Below are positions 11,264 to 22,239 of a stretch of 64,000 bases of DNA, piece after piece (position 1 is the stretch's first letter; the number at the start of each line of letters is the position of its first letter). Below the pieces are notes generated by a model, which searched no databases, was not told where the DNA came from, and worked only from the letters and a program-made list of their open reading frames with translations. The position numbers were made by a program, and so were the translations under genes. The DNA is from a virus (lineage: Duplodnaviria; Caudoviricetes): IMG/VR virus record IMGVR_UViG_3300027740_000003, positions 256,001 to 320,000 of that record. The stretch is one strand, 5' to 3'.

Positions 11264-11862
11264 ATGTTTTCAACTATCTCCTTTGGCTCTCCTCCCAGAT
11301 CTTCCACCATGGCCTTCCTGTGCTCTACAATCATATTAGAATACTCTTCCCATAGTCTTCCAATAACTGACTCCTCCATCTCATCAATCACATCCTCGGC
11401 CGTCTCAGACCCCAAGAAATGCATGAACGGAACTCCATCTATTTCAAAGATGGATCTTGCTAATGTGCACTTTCTTATTGTAAGAGCTTCTCCTACATTT
11501 GTTTGAGATAATGCCGCAGCTTCAATAACTTCTCTTGTTTCTTTATTCTTTAATGATCTTAATGAGAATGTAATTCCTTCTATATCTACATCCTTTACTA
11601 ATCTTCCAATTCCTGTTAATATCTCTAATCTATTAACTGCATTCTTTGGAGCTCTATTTGTTCTTTTTTCTTCCCTTGCTCGTTTTATTTCTTCTTCTAA
11701 TTCTGCATTTGTTTTAAATGTTTCTTCTGGTTCTGAAGAAGAAAAACTTAAAATAGGTTGTGGCTCTGGCTCTTCTACTCGTAATACTTCTTTATTCTTA
11801 GCTTCGCCTAAATCAATACGACCTAGGGAAGATGATATAGCTCTTCTCCTATTAATCTCCAT
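11254..11862 (-). CDS. Tail assembly chaperone (G-like)
   Basis: Lies between tube and tape measure; ends ATA AAA AAA TAA; RBS AGGAG. Confidence 0.7.
   Translation of the reverse strand: MEINRRRAISSSLGRIDLGEAKNKEVLRVEEPEPQPILSFSSSEPEETFKTNAELEEEIKRAREEKRTNRAPKNAVNRLEILTGIGRLVKDVDIEGITFSLRSLKNKETREVIEAAALSQTNVGEALTIRKCTLARSIFEIDGVPFMHFLGSETAEDVIDEMEESVIGRLWEEYSNMIVEHRKAMVEDLGGEPKEIVENIKK
11257..11263 (-). other. Programmed -1 ribosomal frameshift site A AAA AAA
   Basis: X XXY YYZ heptamer immediately before the stop; the -1 frame is in register with the ORF ending at 10913. Confidence 0.75.
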
Positions 11863-11909
11863 ACACTTTCTCCTATGTTAATAAACCTACTCGGCTTATA
11901 TATCACTGG

Positions 11910-12557
11910 TTATAGAGCACTGCCATCAAATGCATTAATAAGGCCAGCTGCATCCAAAGCACCACGGTAAATGCCAACATCCGCTTGCTGCTCAAATGGA
12001 TTAACCACAAGTCTTGTAGGATCTGAAATGGCCGACTGCCCACCAGAACGGAAGCTCTTTATCGCTTCTGCTTCAAGATTCATATTATCCACAATAACAA
12101 AGTTGTCAGAATCATATGTATAACTAATCTGTGTAATCCAACAGTTCTGGATAACGGTCACTACCGTAGCCCCAGCTACCGCCATTCCTCCAGATCCTAT
12201 CGCCCCACCTTGAATTAAATCATATATCTCAATATCAAATGGAACCCGCTGAGATCCCACATGAACATATGATCGGTAGAAACCTTCCGCAATTCTCTTG
12301 CCATCAAAACGGGTTCTCTGACAGGTCACGTTATATTCTGCTGACTTATTAGGAGCGGAATCTATAACGCCATCTGTCCCAACTTCAGAAATCCTAGTGA
12401 CCGATCTTTGTTCTGTCACCTGAAGTTGTTTTACCGCCGCAATTGGGTTTCCAGCAATAGCAAGAATTATGTTTGTTGATAAATGCGTGCCAGTCCGGTT
12501 CCTACCTTGAAGCGTAATCTGAGTGGCATTTGCTGATTGAACATTTCTTAATGGCAT
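11910..12557 (-). CDS. Tail tube protein
   Basis: 215 aa directly after sheath; tube-like motif QLQVTEQRSVTRISEVGTDGVIDSAP...QRTRFDG. Confidence 0.75.
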   Translation of the reverse strand: MPLRNVQSANATQITLQGRNRTGTHLSTNIILAIAGNPIAAVKQLQVTEQRSVTRISEVGTDGVIDSAPNKSAEYNVTCQRTRFDGKRIAEGFYRSYVHVGSQRVPFDIEIYDLIQGGAIGSGGMAVAGATVVTVIQNCWITQISYTYDSDNFVIVDNMNLEAEAIKSFRSGGQSAISDPTRLVVNPFEQQADVGIYRGALDAAGLINAFDGSAL

Positions 12558-12600
12558 TTTTATTTCCTTAAGGTTAATCCTACTTATTTGTTTTTATAAT

Positions 12601-15075
12601 TTACTCTAGTAATCCAACAGAAACTCTAATGAAGATAAAATTAACCCCGTAAACAGGCTGTATTTTTACCGTAATATTCCATTGAGTTGGATCTACTGTA
12701 TCCCTAGCAATCTTAAGATCCTTCCATGTTGTTATCAGGCCTTGTCCAACAAAGCTTGACAAAGCAGATTGTCCACGAGTTTGTAAGGCGCTCTCAAACA
12801 CTGGAGAATCAGTTAATCCAATAAATCCATCAAATGCTGTTCTGAGCTGCTTAGCAACACTGTCCCTAATAAAGATAATAGAGATTTCTCTTTCCTCTAC
12901 GAAACCACTATTGGTTGTGGTCTGGCCTCTAATAACTTTTCCACCACCAGTTATTGGCTGAAGAACAGTAATGCCTGCTGCTGTTAAATTCTGTAGAATT
13001 ATTGGACGATATGTCTTGTCTCTGAGAATTGTAAACCCAGTTAATGACTTTCTTGTCAATGGCATTGCTATGTTGGTCACTCCTGAGAGATATCCTGCTG
13101 CTGCCGCGGCCTGATAGAATCCGTCAATTAATGTGTTGTCCGCCCCTATCTGAACCACAATCTCATCAGGATAGAAATAAACAACACGATATGTGGTTCC
13201 ATAAGAATTCTGGACACCATAATCAGCAAGATCTTCTACAGACCCTGCTAGAATCTCAGTGACATCGTCTCCTTGAATTCCTTCAAGAACGCCAATGTTC
13301 TCAACTGCTGCATCTTCTGTTCCTATAACGTTGGCTGGTGTCAATCCTGCAATTGCCCCAATAAACAGAACTCTTTCTTTTCTATTCTTAATATTACTCA
13401 TATATCTAACATGGGCAACACCATTCTGGAATATTGCAGAAATTGTTTGTCTTGGAAGAGGAACGACTATATCAACATCAATTCGCTCCAATTCCTCATA
13501 AGCTGATATCCATCCTGCATCAAAGAAATCCGCATCGCGAGTATCAACTACTGTTGCCCTAATCTGGGTTCCAGCAGGAATTTGTGCAGCAAGATCCTCA
13601 GTAAACAGAATCTTTATTCCCTCTTCAATTGAATCAATTACCTCGAATTGCAAAGCTGTCTCATTAACGAAGGTTCCGCTAACTCTGCTGATTGTTAATA
13701 CGCCAGCACTAACTCCAGTAATTGCAAAAGTTCCGTTATTATCAGGATTAGTAGCGTTAAATACATGAACGCTTCTTGTGCCATTTATATCATCCTGACC
13801 AAAAATCTGACCAACACTTGAGAACGTTGCATGAGTTGCGTCAACAAAAGTAAGCACACCATCGTTGTCAAACTTTACAACAGCAGTATTTGTATCAACA
13901 ACTGCTGTGTATGAGAATGAAAACACTGGATTCAATATGAAGTTTGTATCCGGGTTTGCGGTAATTGTTGCATCATAGAAAGCAACCTTGTTTGGAACAA
14001 TCTGTGATTCCACACCTGTTATTGGATTTGTTAAAAAGAAGTTGATATTGCTATCAGCATCCGGAACAACTCCAAGTGGAAGAGGGAATGTTAAATCTTC
14101 AGGATCTGCATCTCCCGAAGCGCTTTCCATTATGATATAAGAAACTCTTCGTGGAATTGAAGGGGCTGCTTGAAGAGCCCAAACGCCAGGAGTTCCGTTT
14201 GCAAAGGCTAACTGAGCACCTAAAGACAAGGTATTGGTTGTACTTGGCGCACCATGCTTTGTCTGTAATTCATCAAAATCCGTAAAAAATTCAGGATCAT
14301 TTATATCCGTCACAGCAATGTAAGTGGCTGTCAAACTGTCTCCAGCAAGAAGCACGCCACCTTCCACTTCGATTATGAACCTATCTCCCTCACGGAAAGC
14401 AGTTGTTCCTTCGCTAATTGAGAAGGATAAGATTCCATTGCTAACCACGGTTCCATTTGACTGCCAGAAAACCACATTTCCATAACCATCAAGAGGACTT
14501 CCGCTAACAGAACCATTAGCAATAAATCTAGCATATCCATCAATTGGATTGCCATAACCATCTCTTATAATCGAGGATACACGAATTGACCAGGTTTCTG
14601 ATGGGGCATTAACGTCAACCAATGTAAGATTGCCAATTGTTCCATTTCCTGTATTCAATGAACTGGCGGAATAATACTGACCACCCTGATCAACAATAGA
14701 AGCTGTTTGCAGCTCAATTTGTCCGGTTTCAGGATCTACTCTGTAATCATAGCTGCTACTAAATGTTCCAGTTATAACACCTTCTGTTCCGGCAAGCAAA
14801 ATGCCATTTTTATAAAGACTTGTTCTGTTCTCAATAATAGGAGCATGGCTTAGCAAGAAATGACGGCCATCTGATCCATTTGGACCTGCATAAGTCGGAT
14901 CAAATCCATCATTACCGTCTCCGTTTGCCGAACTAACTAAAGTTTCTTTTCGGGCACCTTCTCCAACTAGAACAGCAAGCCGCGTTCCAGCTGGAATAGA
15001 CAAACCACTAGAGAAAGTCTCAATTGACGTATATACGCCGGGAAGTGCATTCTGCGATTCTGGGAAGCTAGGCAT
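12601..15075 (-). CDS. Tail sheath protein
   Basis: N-terminal PGVYTSIE motif; C-terminal sheath domain (AAAGYLSG...PLTRKSLTGF...REISIIFIRDSVAKQLR...WNITVKIQPVYGVNFIFIRVSV). Confidence 0.88.
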   Translation of the reverse strand: MPSFPESQNALPGVYTSIETFSSGLSIPAGTRLAVLVGEGARKETLVSSANGDGNDGFDPTYAGPNGSDGRHFLLSHAPIIENRTSLYKNGILLAGTEGVITGTFSSSYDYRVDPETGQIELQTASIVDQGGQYYSASSLNTGNGTIGNLTLVDVNAPSETWSIRVSSIIRDGYGNPIDGYARFIANGSVSGSPLDGYGNVVFWQSNGTVVSNGILSFSISEGTTAFREGDRFIIEVEGGVLLAGDSLTATYIAVTDINDPEFFTDFDELQTKHGAPSTTNTLSLGAQLAFANGTPGVWALQAAPSIPRRVSYIIMESASGDADPEDLTFPLPLGVVPDADSNINFFLTNPITGVESQIVPNKVAFYDATITANPDTNFILNPVFSFSYTAVVDTNTAVVKFDNDGVLTFVDATHATFSSVGQIFGQDDINGTRSVHVFNATNPDNNGTFAITGVSAGVLTISRVSGTFVNETALQFEVIDSIEEGIKILFTEDLAAQIPAGTQIRATVVDTRDADFFDAGWISAYEELERIDVDIVVPLPRQTISAIFQNGVAHVRYMSNIKNRKERVLFIGAIAGLTPANVIGTEDAAVENIGVLEGIQGDDVTEILAGSVEDLADYGVQNSYGTTYRVVYFYPDEIVVQIGADNTLIDGFYQAAAAAGYLSGVTNIAMPLTRKSLTGFTILRDKTYRPIILQNLTAAGITVLQPITGGGKVIRGQTTTNSGFVEEREISIIFIRDSVAKQLRTAFDGFIGLTDSPVFESALQTRGQSALSSFVGQGLITTWKDLKIARDTVDPTQWNITVKIQPVYGVNFIFIRVSVGLLE

Positions 15076-15153
15076 CTGATAATTCCTTATTACCTTGGTA
15101 AGAAAACTACTATCTTTTTATATGCAAAATTATTGCTTACTATTTTTAATCTA

Positions 15154-15954
15154 TTATTCCCCAATTTGTTCCTCCGAAAACGATACGTTTTCTAACTCAA
15201 GTTCCGTATGAACTTCAATATTTGGTGCGTAATTATCTGCACTTACATCTCCAAATTCTACACAAAATGTAATTAATTCAACAAAATTAGATATTGGGAT
15301 CTCTCTTCTCCATTCTCCACGTATATTTATTGTTATTATCCTATGGTGAAGCTTATCATTGCGGTCTTCCGATTCGCTAGCACCAGAAACGGAAATATCA
15401 GGTTTAATGGACACGCCAGCCCTATAAAGATTATTCCAATTAATATCAATTAAATAAATAGAAATAAGTTCAGCAAGATCATCAGCTTCCTGAATAGCTC
15501 TTGATTGCACCTCTATATTTATTGAACCTTCCCAAGCACCAGCCATTACAAATTTATCTGGTGTTGGTAAAAACCGTCTTTGATAACCATCAGTAAATTC
15601 AGTTATATTATTTTCTACATAATACAAGTTTCTATTTAAAGAAATTGGGACATAACGAAACGAACCTGCTTTTACAAGAATAGCAGGATATTGAATTATA
15701 TCATACCTGTTATTTTCTCCAATAAAAACGCGGGTAGTCAATTCATCATAAAGACCAGCATCGGCAGGAACATCAGTAAGATCTACAGTTTTATTATATC
15801 CGAAACTGTCTCCGTGCCAGGAATATTTGCTATCCTGCCCAAAAAAATCTTTTAAAGAAGCTACTATAAGATCTTTTGGATAGCGCAACATTGTATTTTG
15901 AACTATATAATAAAGATCATATAGTTCTGTATTATAAGAAAATCCGGCTGCCAT
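15154..15954 (-). CDS. Putative tail terminator / neck-tail completion protein
   Basis: Immediately upstream of sheath; YPAILVK and WEGSINIEVQSRAIQEADDLAELI pattern typical of tail completion proteins. Confidence 0.5.
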   Translation of the reverse strand: MAAGFSYNTELYDLYYIVQNTMLRYPKDLIVASLKDFFGQDSKYSWHGDSFGYNKTVDLTDVPADAGLYDELTTRVFIGENNRYDIIQYPAILVKAGSFRYVPISLNRNLYYVENNITEFTDGYQRRFLPTPDKFVMAGAWEGSINIEVQSRAIQEADDLAELISIYLIDINWNNLYRAGVSIKPDISVSGASESEDRNDKLHHRIITINIRGEWRREIPISNFVELITFCVEFGDVSADNYAPNIEVHTELELENVSFSEEQIGE

Positions 15955-15984
15955 ATAAGAAATACTATAATATGCGGTAAGGGC

Positions 15985-16013
15985 TTGACAAAAGCTGATT
16001 CTAGACCTACACT
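15985..16013 (+). promoter_or_regulatory. Sigma70-type promoter for lipoprotein gene
   Basis: TTGACA (15985-15990), 17-nt spacer, TACACT (16008-16013), then AAGGAGG RBS and ATG at 16037. Confidence 0.75.
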
Positions 16014-16036
16014 GTGGTCAGATAAGGAGGAACATC

Positions 16037-16630
16037 ATGACTCGCATTGCAACAATTACAACGATCCTACTGCTTTACGGCTGTGGGTCGTCTACGACCA
16101 TCGTAGAGGGCACTGCTGAACCAGGAGAAGCCGGCCAGGCTCCCATTGATGAAACAGGTGGGTTAGAAGAAACGGGCGGCACAGGAGGCTCCACAGGAGG
16201 AAATCTTCCTACTGGCGGATTTGCTACTGGTGGAGAGCTCCCCACTGGAGGAACAATTACTGGCGGTGCTGCCGGAGCTGTTTCTACTGGAGGTCAAGAA
16301 ACTGGTGGAACACCAGAAATTCCAGGATGTACAGTATTAAAAGAAACAGAAGGCGGAGCTTGCACACAATATAAAGCTTGGGATAACCCTCCAAGTCCAC
16401 GAACAGAATGGAACAACGAATTAAACTGCACAGAATCCACATATCTTTCTGATGAAAATTTCTGTAATGTAGGAGCTATTCCTGCCAATCCAAATATTTG
16501 TGAAGACGGAGATACAATTTTTCCATTAGAAAATTTAAAATGTATGTTGTTGGTACATACTTGGCAAATTACCGAACCAACTGTTATTACATATAAAGAA
16601 AAAAACTGGTGCTGTCAATGGTTGGTTTAG
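16037..16630 (+). CDS. Lipoprotein with TGG-rich linker and Cys-rich C-terminal domain
   Basis: Signal peptide MTRIATITTILLLYG-C lipobox, G/T/E-rich repeats (TGG), nine further Cys; opposite strand to neighbours. Confidence 0.8.
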   Translation: MTRIATITTILLLYGCGSSTTIVEGTAEPGEAGQAPIDETGGLEETGGTGGSTGGNLPTGGFATGGELPTGGTITGGAAGAVSTGGQETGGTPEIPGCTVLKETEGGACTQYKAWDNPPSPRTEWNNELNCTESTYLSDENFCNVGAIPANPNICEDGDTIFPLENLKCMLLVHTWQITEPTVITYKEKNWCCQWLV

Positions 16631-19600
16631 AACCTATATTTAATTATAAGAGTAAGATTTATATCTGAAACAGCACTGGTTTGTAAATCAGCAAGAATTT
16701 CTATTTCAACATTTTCTTCAAGTTTTCTATTTATATCTATTGTTGCATTTGCTATAGTTGTGGCAGCAAAATTCATTGGGTTAGTACCAGAACTAGCAGT
16801 TGTAATAACGGTGCCATAATCTCCAGCGAGTTCATTATAAATTGCTCTTAATGTTATATTTCCTGTTGTTGCAAATATAACTGACGTCTCACCATAAATT
16901 GTTGCAGACATAATATATGCGCCACTTGGAATAAATCCTTTAAGTGGCAAACACCACCTTGATGTTGCTGCGCTTGTACTTATTGCAGAATCATATCTTA
17001 ATTGAATAGTCTCACTATTATTAGTTGCCGCTGTGTTTTTGCCCCAATAAATTGGGCTGTTATTCCAATGCGTCCATCTATATGTTCCATATGTCCATAT
17101 TGGCGTACCTTGGGTTGTTTTAACAGGGAATGTAATAACGTGATTTATATTTCTCTCAACTATAGTTGGTGAAGCTCTTCCCATTGCTACATCAATAGTA
17201 ATTTCACTTGTTCCGTCTACTGTAGTTTTATCTAAATAGTTGTCTGTAATTATACCTGCCCCGGATCCTACAATATAATAAGTTATGCTATTTGTTCCTC
17301 TGAACAAATAGTTGTTGCTTATTATTGATCCTGTTGCTTCAGTATATGTTGAAATAACAGTATATATTCCGTATGTTGTAAAGGCACGAATAGTATTTCC
17401 AGTAATTACACATGGGGACAGAGCTCTAATACCATATGTATATTCAAGAACAGTAGCGCTACTATAAGTGCTTCCTGACTGGAATGAGTTATTTATTATC
17501 TTGGCTGGGATAAGTTGCGGTGCTGCCGAAACATTATCATACACATTTATTCCATAATTAACATTTAAATGAGTATCATATGCACCAAACGTGGTTGTAA
17601 ATACAGATCTTGTTAGAATGTTCCCATCTAGTATTACTGCACTCTGCCCAGTTCTTGGTGTTGCATTAGAGGTGTAATTAAAATTAATAGTAGAACATGA
17701 GTTGTTTCTAACAATTGTAGATGCAAGTGTTTTTGGAACAGTAATATATATTTGACCATAAATATCTACTGCGCCATAAATTGCATTACATGCATTTTCA
17801 GATATAAATAACCCAGGCTGATTATTGCTATCTTCCGGATCAATGTTAGATCCGGCAGATACACCAATATATCCACATTTGTTCTTGCTGATATGAACAT
17901 TAATAGCTGTAATTGGTGGAAGAGCTGTAGAAGATGTTCCAACAATAAATATACCTTGTTCTTGTGCACAAATATTTTTTTCAATAAACACATTGTTTAA
18001 TATAGAGTGAACAAGGCCGTCTGTATTTGAATTTGCAATAACAATAGCAGCAGAAGTGGTTGCATAAGTATCAGAAAATGAGTTGCCAATAATTGAACAA
18101 TTTTCGACAATATTATTATTCAATATCATATAAATAAATGGATAACGATAAGGATTGCCGGCTCCAAAAAAACTACAGTTTTCAATATTTATATTATTTA
18201 TTGTAGAAGAAGAAAGTGTTGGTTTAATAAGAACACAGGCCAAAGGAGCCGACAAACTAATATTTACATTATTTCCCGTTGCTAAAGATGGCCCATATAT
18301 AAAATTAATGTTTCTTATAGAAACACTGTCAGCAACTTTAATTCCAACCGTAGAACTAATAACAATTGTTGCTGATTCTATGCCGTCAGCTTCTAAAACC
18401 AAATTTGGTATTGCTGAGAAATCTAACGCAGTAGATAATACTATTGTCCCTCTAACAATTACTTTTTGTTTAAATGACTGGCTTGTTGCTGTTGCAGCTA
18501 ATGTTATCCAGTTTTGTAAAGCTTCTGCGCTTCTAAACGAAGCTGAGAAGTTGGTTTCATCCTCTGCCCAAACAAATGGAATATTAAAAGATTCATCAGC
18601 GGCAAATCTTCTAATATCAAGAATGCTAGACAATAACGACCCTGATGCAGTCAGTGTTGCTAATGGCAAAAGATCTTTTCTTTCCGTAATTAGTTCTGTA
18701 AACGTGACGGAAGGAACAAAATAAGACGTTCCACCACCAGAACCAGCCTGTGCAAAGAATTGCTGTTTGGTTGCAGTTATAGGGAGAGATACAAGGGCGC
18801 CATCTTCGTTTACACAAACAACCCAATTAACAGCAGCGCTGCCGCCACTTTCTATTAATCTAGGAATAAGTATTTTACTGTTATTTACAGATACAATATT
18901 GCCATTAATAAAAGCCAGTCCTCCATTAAAATATAAAGCTCTTGTGTCTACAACATCTGTAGCTCCAAGACAATCCAGATCCCTAATTACCCCATTAGCG
19001 TGAAGGGCTCTATCACCGGCAGTTATAAAGCTTTTAGCCGATGCGGTGAATTCTTTTTCACTAATCGATCCTACTTGTCTTTGGTCCCGAACCCTTTCTA
19101 CCAGAAGTCCTCCAGACCAATTCATTTCACAAGTAGATATTAAAGTTAATTCATCATCCTCCATTAATGAAGGCATAACTTCAATATCTACAACTCTAAC
19201 CGGGACTATAGTTGTTGGTGAAGTAGACGTCTCTACATACTCTAGTTCAATATAATCATTCCCGGTCTCATCAAAAACCTTGAACGGAACATTCTTTTTT
19301 CCTGTTGCTGTAATACCAGTGTTAGCTATTGTTGTAGTGCTAGGAGGTTGTGTATCGCCAGCAACAGGCCTTCTGCCTATTCTTGCTGTAAATTCACCAG
19401 TGGTGATATCATATGTATCAATTGATAATCTTATGTATTTATTAAAATTAGCAGTATTATCTCGATATCCTCTTAGTTTCGACGAAACATAATTTATATG
19501 CCAATAAGTAGAATCCAAAGCCGTTGCGGTAGCTCCATGAATTGGCATTCTAGCTCTTTCATGAGAAACTGTCTTTGCGCCTTTGTTGGCATATATTTCA

Positions 19601-21813
19601 TGGAAACGATGATAGTTATAAGCTGATGGGGTAGAGCTGTCGATCATATTATTTAGATCGAAACCAACAGTATCGTTCCCAAAATGTATTCTTACTTGAA
19701 TTCCCATTCCAGGCCCAGTTGAAGAACTAGATGCGCTACCTGTTGCATGAATGCCATTTAATACAGTAATTATTGTATTTGAAGTATCACCTGGACAAGC
19801 TGGCTGATATACAACAGACTCTATAATAAATCTACCATAATCAGCACTATTATAACTAGCCGAATTCACACCGATATTTGGCAGAACGGTAATTGTCTTT
19901 CCTGGTTTTAGACCAGCCGTATTAAGACAATCATATATGGTGTATGTTGTGCTTACACCTACGCCAGAAACGGTTCTTGCTGTAATATCAGCAAGCCAAT
20001 ATCCATCATAAACGCCTATTGCCGATCTTAAATAATCTCTTGCAGAACCATCTGCAACATAATACCTTTGTTTTCTAGGCATTATTATTTTTGATGGATT
20101 TTGTGCATCGGTTGAATTTGTATAAGAAGACCTATATGCAGGGCTGGCCCAATTTCCAGCATTAAAACTTAGGCCTAAAGCGTCCCAATATTTATTATCT
20201 ACGTTATAATCGCCAATAACATTTTCAGTAAAACTTCCTTCAACTCCAGATCCGGAACTCCAATCTCCATTAATTATTGAGAAAGCTGCTCCATCAAAAG
20301 GATCAGTCATTGCTATTCCAAAATTCCCGGCATATTGGAATGCCAAGAATCTCATGTTGTATCCTGACTGTCTAAACACATTGTTTGTGGCCAACACAAC
20401 ACTGTCTAAAGTATACTGTCCAGGAGTAGCTCCAGAGTTGCCAGAAACATCTACAGCAGGCATAACTATAGCTTTTTCAGCCGGATTTCCTGTTGGATAC
20501 AATTCTAAATATAAATTGTAATGTGTAGAATCAATTTGGTTTGGATCAAATCCTATACCAAGAACAGATGCACATCTTGGATCTGCAACAGTGACGCTTG
20601 AATAAAATCCCGGGAAATATCCTGTCGGAGTGGCATTACATGGTGCAGATATTGCTATGCCGTACACATTTGGATCATAAAGAGCCCTGTCTATTCTTGC
20701 ATAGGCATCTGTTGTATCAAGAAGGTTGTTAGAATCTAATCTTACACAGAACTCAATTCCAGGACTATATCTTAAAGATTCTACAATATATTGTGCCTCA
20801 AAATTATAACCGTCTCCATATACAATTCTAAGAATATCTCCCGGTTTAACTTGAGAGAATTCTGAATCTAATTGATATAATTCTGTTGAACTAGTAGGAA
20901 CATTAAATCTGACAATTTGATCGCCATCATTTACATCATCAACCGGTCCTGTCCCAGGAAAAGCTGCCACATAAGCCTGAACTTGTCTCAAAGAAACAAC
21001 AGCATCTCCATAACCATCCGTAATTAAACTCGAAGACCTAGCGTCTCCTGGAACACCCGATGAATGTTGAATTGCCCTATGCAAACCTATTCTCAAATCT
21101 TCAGAGGCATCTAGCTCTTCAAGAGCTGTTTGAACATCTATAGCTTCCTCCGACAACTGCATAAAATTACTGGTATCTACAGATATGGCCGTCGCTGGAT
21201 GAGAACCAGTAATTGCTATTTCATGCCCAACTAATTCGTTATTAATTTGCTCTAAAGCTCTTCCAACATTAGTTGCACTACGTATATTGCCGCTGGTATC
21301 AAGCAGTCCTGACCAAACAAAAGAAGGGTCTCTAGAATCTGAAGGAATGGCATTAATATCAACATGACTTGCTACATGTCGAACCGAGGCAGAACCTCCA
21401 CCAATATGTAAACCAAGACTGGTAGTGAGACCATTAACCGCTGTTTGAAGAGATGTTATAAGTGAAGAATTTGTTGCAATTAAGGATCTTAAACTAGAAG
21501 TGCTATAATCTAGATTAAGTTTCGATTCAGCGATGCCAGCACTGACACCAACTTGAGCATTATCAATAGGAAGGGTGACCAAACCAATAGCGGTTAAAGC
21601 GGCGGCTTTAACCGTTCCATTTGTATTGAATGAAACATCAAGAAATTCTTTCAAAGAATCAAGTGTGCCAGACGGTTTTATGCCAAGCTCTTCTTCAATT
21701 TTAAATACAGCATCGCGCACCTGGTTAAAATTCTGACCACTTATCTCGGAAATGTTATCATTGACGACATAAATAGTAGAGTTGTCATCGTAGCTGTAAG
21801 GGTAGGTTGACAT
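16627..21813 (-). CDS. Large tail fibre / tailspike-like protein with C-terminal beta-helix region, 1728 aa
   Basis: N-terminal H-x-A-x-x-I...NVxxALE fibre repeats; C-terminal Asn/Ile-rich repeats (IENCSF, IIGNSF, ISKNKC, ITGNTI, ISNNYL) typical of pectin-lyase-like beta-helices. Confidence 0.6.
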   Translation of the reverse strand: MSTYPYSYDDNSTIYVVNDNISEISGQNFNQVRDAVFKIEEELGIKPSGTLDSLKEFLDVSFNTNGTVKAAALTAIGLVTLPIDNAQVGVSAGIAESKLNLDYSTSSLRSLIATNSSLITSLQTAVNGLTTSLGLHIGGGSASVRHVASHVDINAIPSDSRDPSFVWSGLLDTSGNIRSATNVGRALEQINNELVGHEIAITGSHPATAISVDTSNFMQLSEEAIDVQTALEELDASEDLRIGLHRAIQHSSGVPGDARSSSLITDGYGDAVVSLRQVQAYVAAFPGTGPVDDVNDGDQIVRFNVPTSSTELYQLDSEFSQVKPGDILRIVYGDGYNFEAQYIVESLRYSPGIEFCVRLDSNNLLDTTDAYARIDRALYDPNVYGIAISAPCNATPTGYFPGFYSSVTVADPRCASVLGIGFDPNQIDSTHYNLYLELYPTGNPAEKAIVMPAVDVSGNSGATPGQYTLDSVVLATNNVFRQSGYNMRFLAFQYAGNFGIAMTDPFDGAAFSIINGDWSSGSGVEGSFTENVIGDYNVDNKYWDALGLSFNAGNWASPAYRSSYTNSTDAQNPSKIIMPRKQRYYVADGSARDYLRSAIGVYDGYWLADITARTVSGVGVSTTYTIYDCLNTAGLKPGKTITVLPNIGVNSASYNSADYGRFIIESVVYQPACPGDTSNTIITVLNGIHATGSASSSSTGPGMGIQVRIHFGNDTVGFDLNNMIDSSTPSAYNYHRFHEIYANKGAKTVSHERARMPIHGATATALDSTYWHINYVSSKLRGYRDNTANFNKYIRLSIDTYDITTGEFTARIGRRPVAGDTQPPSTTTIANTGITATGKKNVPFKVFDETGNDYIELEYVETSTSPTTIVPVRVVDIEVMPSLMEDDELTLISTCEMNWSGGLLVERVRDQRQVGSISEKEFTASAKSFITAGDRALHANGVIRDLDCLGATDVVDTRALYFNGGLAFINGNIVSVNNSKILIPRLIESGGSAAVNWVVCVNEDGALVSLPITATKQQFFAQAGSGGGTSYFVPSVTFTELITERKDLLPLATLTASGSLLSSILDIRRFAADESFNIPFVWAEDETNFSASFRSAEALQNWITLAATATSQSFKQKVIVRGTIVLSTALDFSAIPNLVLEADGIESATIVISSTVGIKVADSVSIRNINFIYGPSLATGNNVNISLSAPLACVLIKPTLSSSTINNINIENCSFFGAGNPYRYPFIYMILNNNIVENCSIIGNSFSDTYATTSAAIVIANSNTDGLVHSILNNVFIEKNICAQEQGIFIVGTSSTALPPITAINVHISKNKCGYIGVSAGSNIDPEDSNNQPGLFISENACNAIYGAVDIYGQIYITVPKTLASTIVRNNSCSTINFNYTSNATPRTGQSAVILDGNILTRSVFTTTFGAYDTHLNVNYGINVYDNVSAAPQLIPAKIINNSFQSGSTYSSATVLEYTYGIRALSPCVITGNTIRAFTTYGIYTVISTYTEATGSIISNNYLFRGTNSITYYIVGSGAGIITDNYLDKTTVDGTSEITIDVAMGRASPTIVERNINHVITFPVKTTQGTPIWTYGTYRWTHWNNSPIYWGKNTAATNNSETIQLRYDSAISTSAATSRWCLPLKGFIPSGAYIMSATIYGETSVIFATTGNITLRAIYNELAGDYGTVITTASSGTNPMNFAATTIANATIDINRKLEENVEIEILADLQTSAVSDINLTLIIKYRF

Positions 21814-21823
21814 TTTTTTCCTT

Positions 21824-22204
21824 CTATTTATTCATTTCGCCGGGGGTCTTTATTTGATTTCTAATATAATACATTATTCTAGGATAAGCCCAAGCAGAAA
21901 CAAACCCCGCAAATGTTCCAACAAACATCCTCGACCACATTGACACATTAAAAGGATCGGGATAAGGATATTCGGAAATAAAAGCACCAATTAAACAACC
22001 AAGAATAACTGGCGCCGCTGGAAGAGCCACCTCTCTCCATAACCATTGATTGGTTGGTTCCCATTTATCTGGGAAATAGTTAGCCACTCTTAATGCTATT
22101 TGTTCTACTAGAAATTTAAATCCTTGTATTATCAAACCAATTATGATAACCAAAATCCAAAAAGCCGGTGTAAACAAACTTGAAAATGCTTGTGTTGGGT
22201 CCAT
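21824..22204 (-). CDS. Small membrane protein, putative holin
   Basis: 126 aa with 2-3 hydrophobic segments and a basic C-terminus; GGAGG RBS. Confidence 0.45.
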   Translation of the reverse strand: MDPTQAFSSLFTPAFWILVIIIGLIIQGFKFLVEQIALRVANYFPDKWEPTNQWLWREVALPAAPVILGCLIGAFISEYPYPDPFNVSMWSRMFVGTFAGFVSAWAYPRIMYYIRNQIKTPGEMNK

Positions 22205-22239
22205 AGCTTCCTCCGAATTAATGCTTGATTATGCATCCT

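Noticed and set aside
645-15954. Extracellular contractile injection system or tailocin rather than phage
   Set aside because: Major capsid, decoration, prohead protease and neck genes are present in the same locus.
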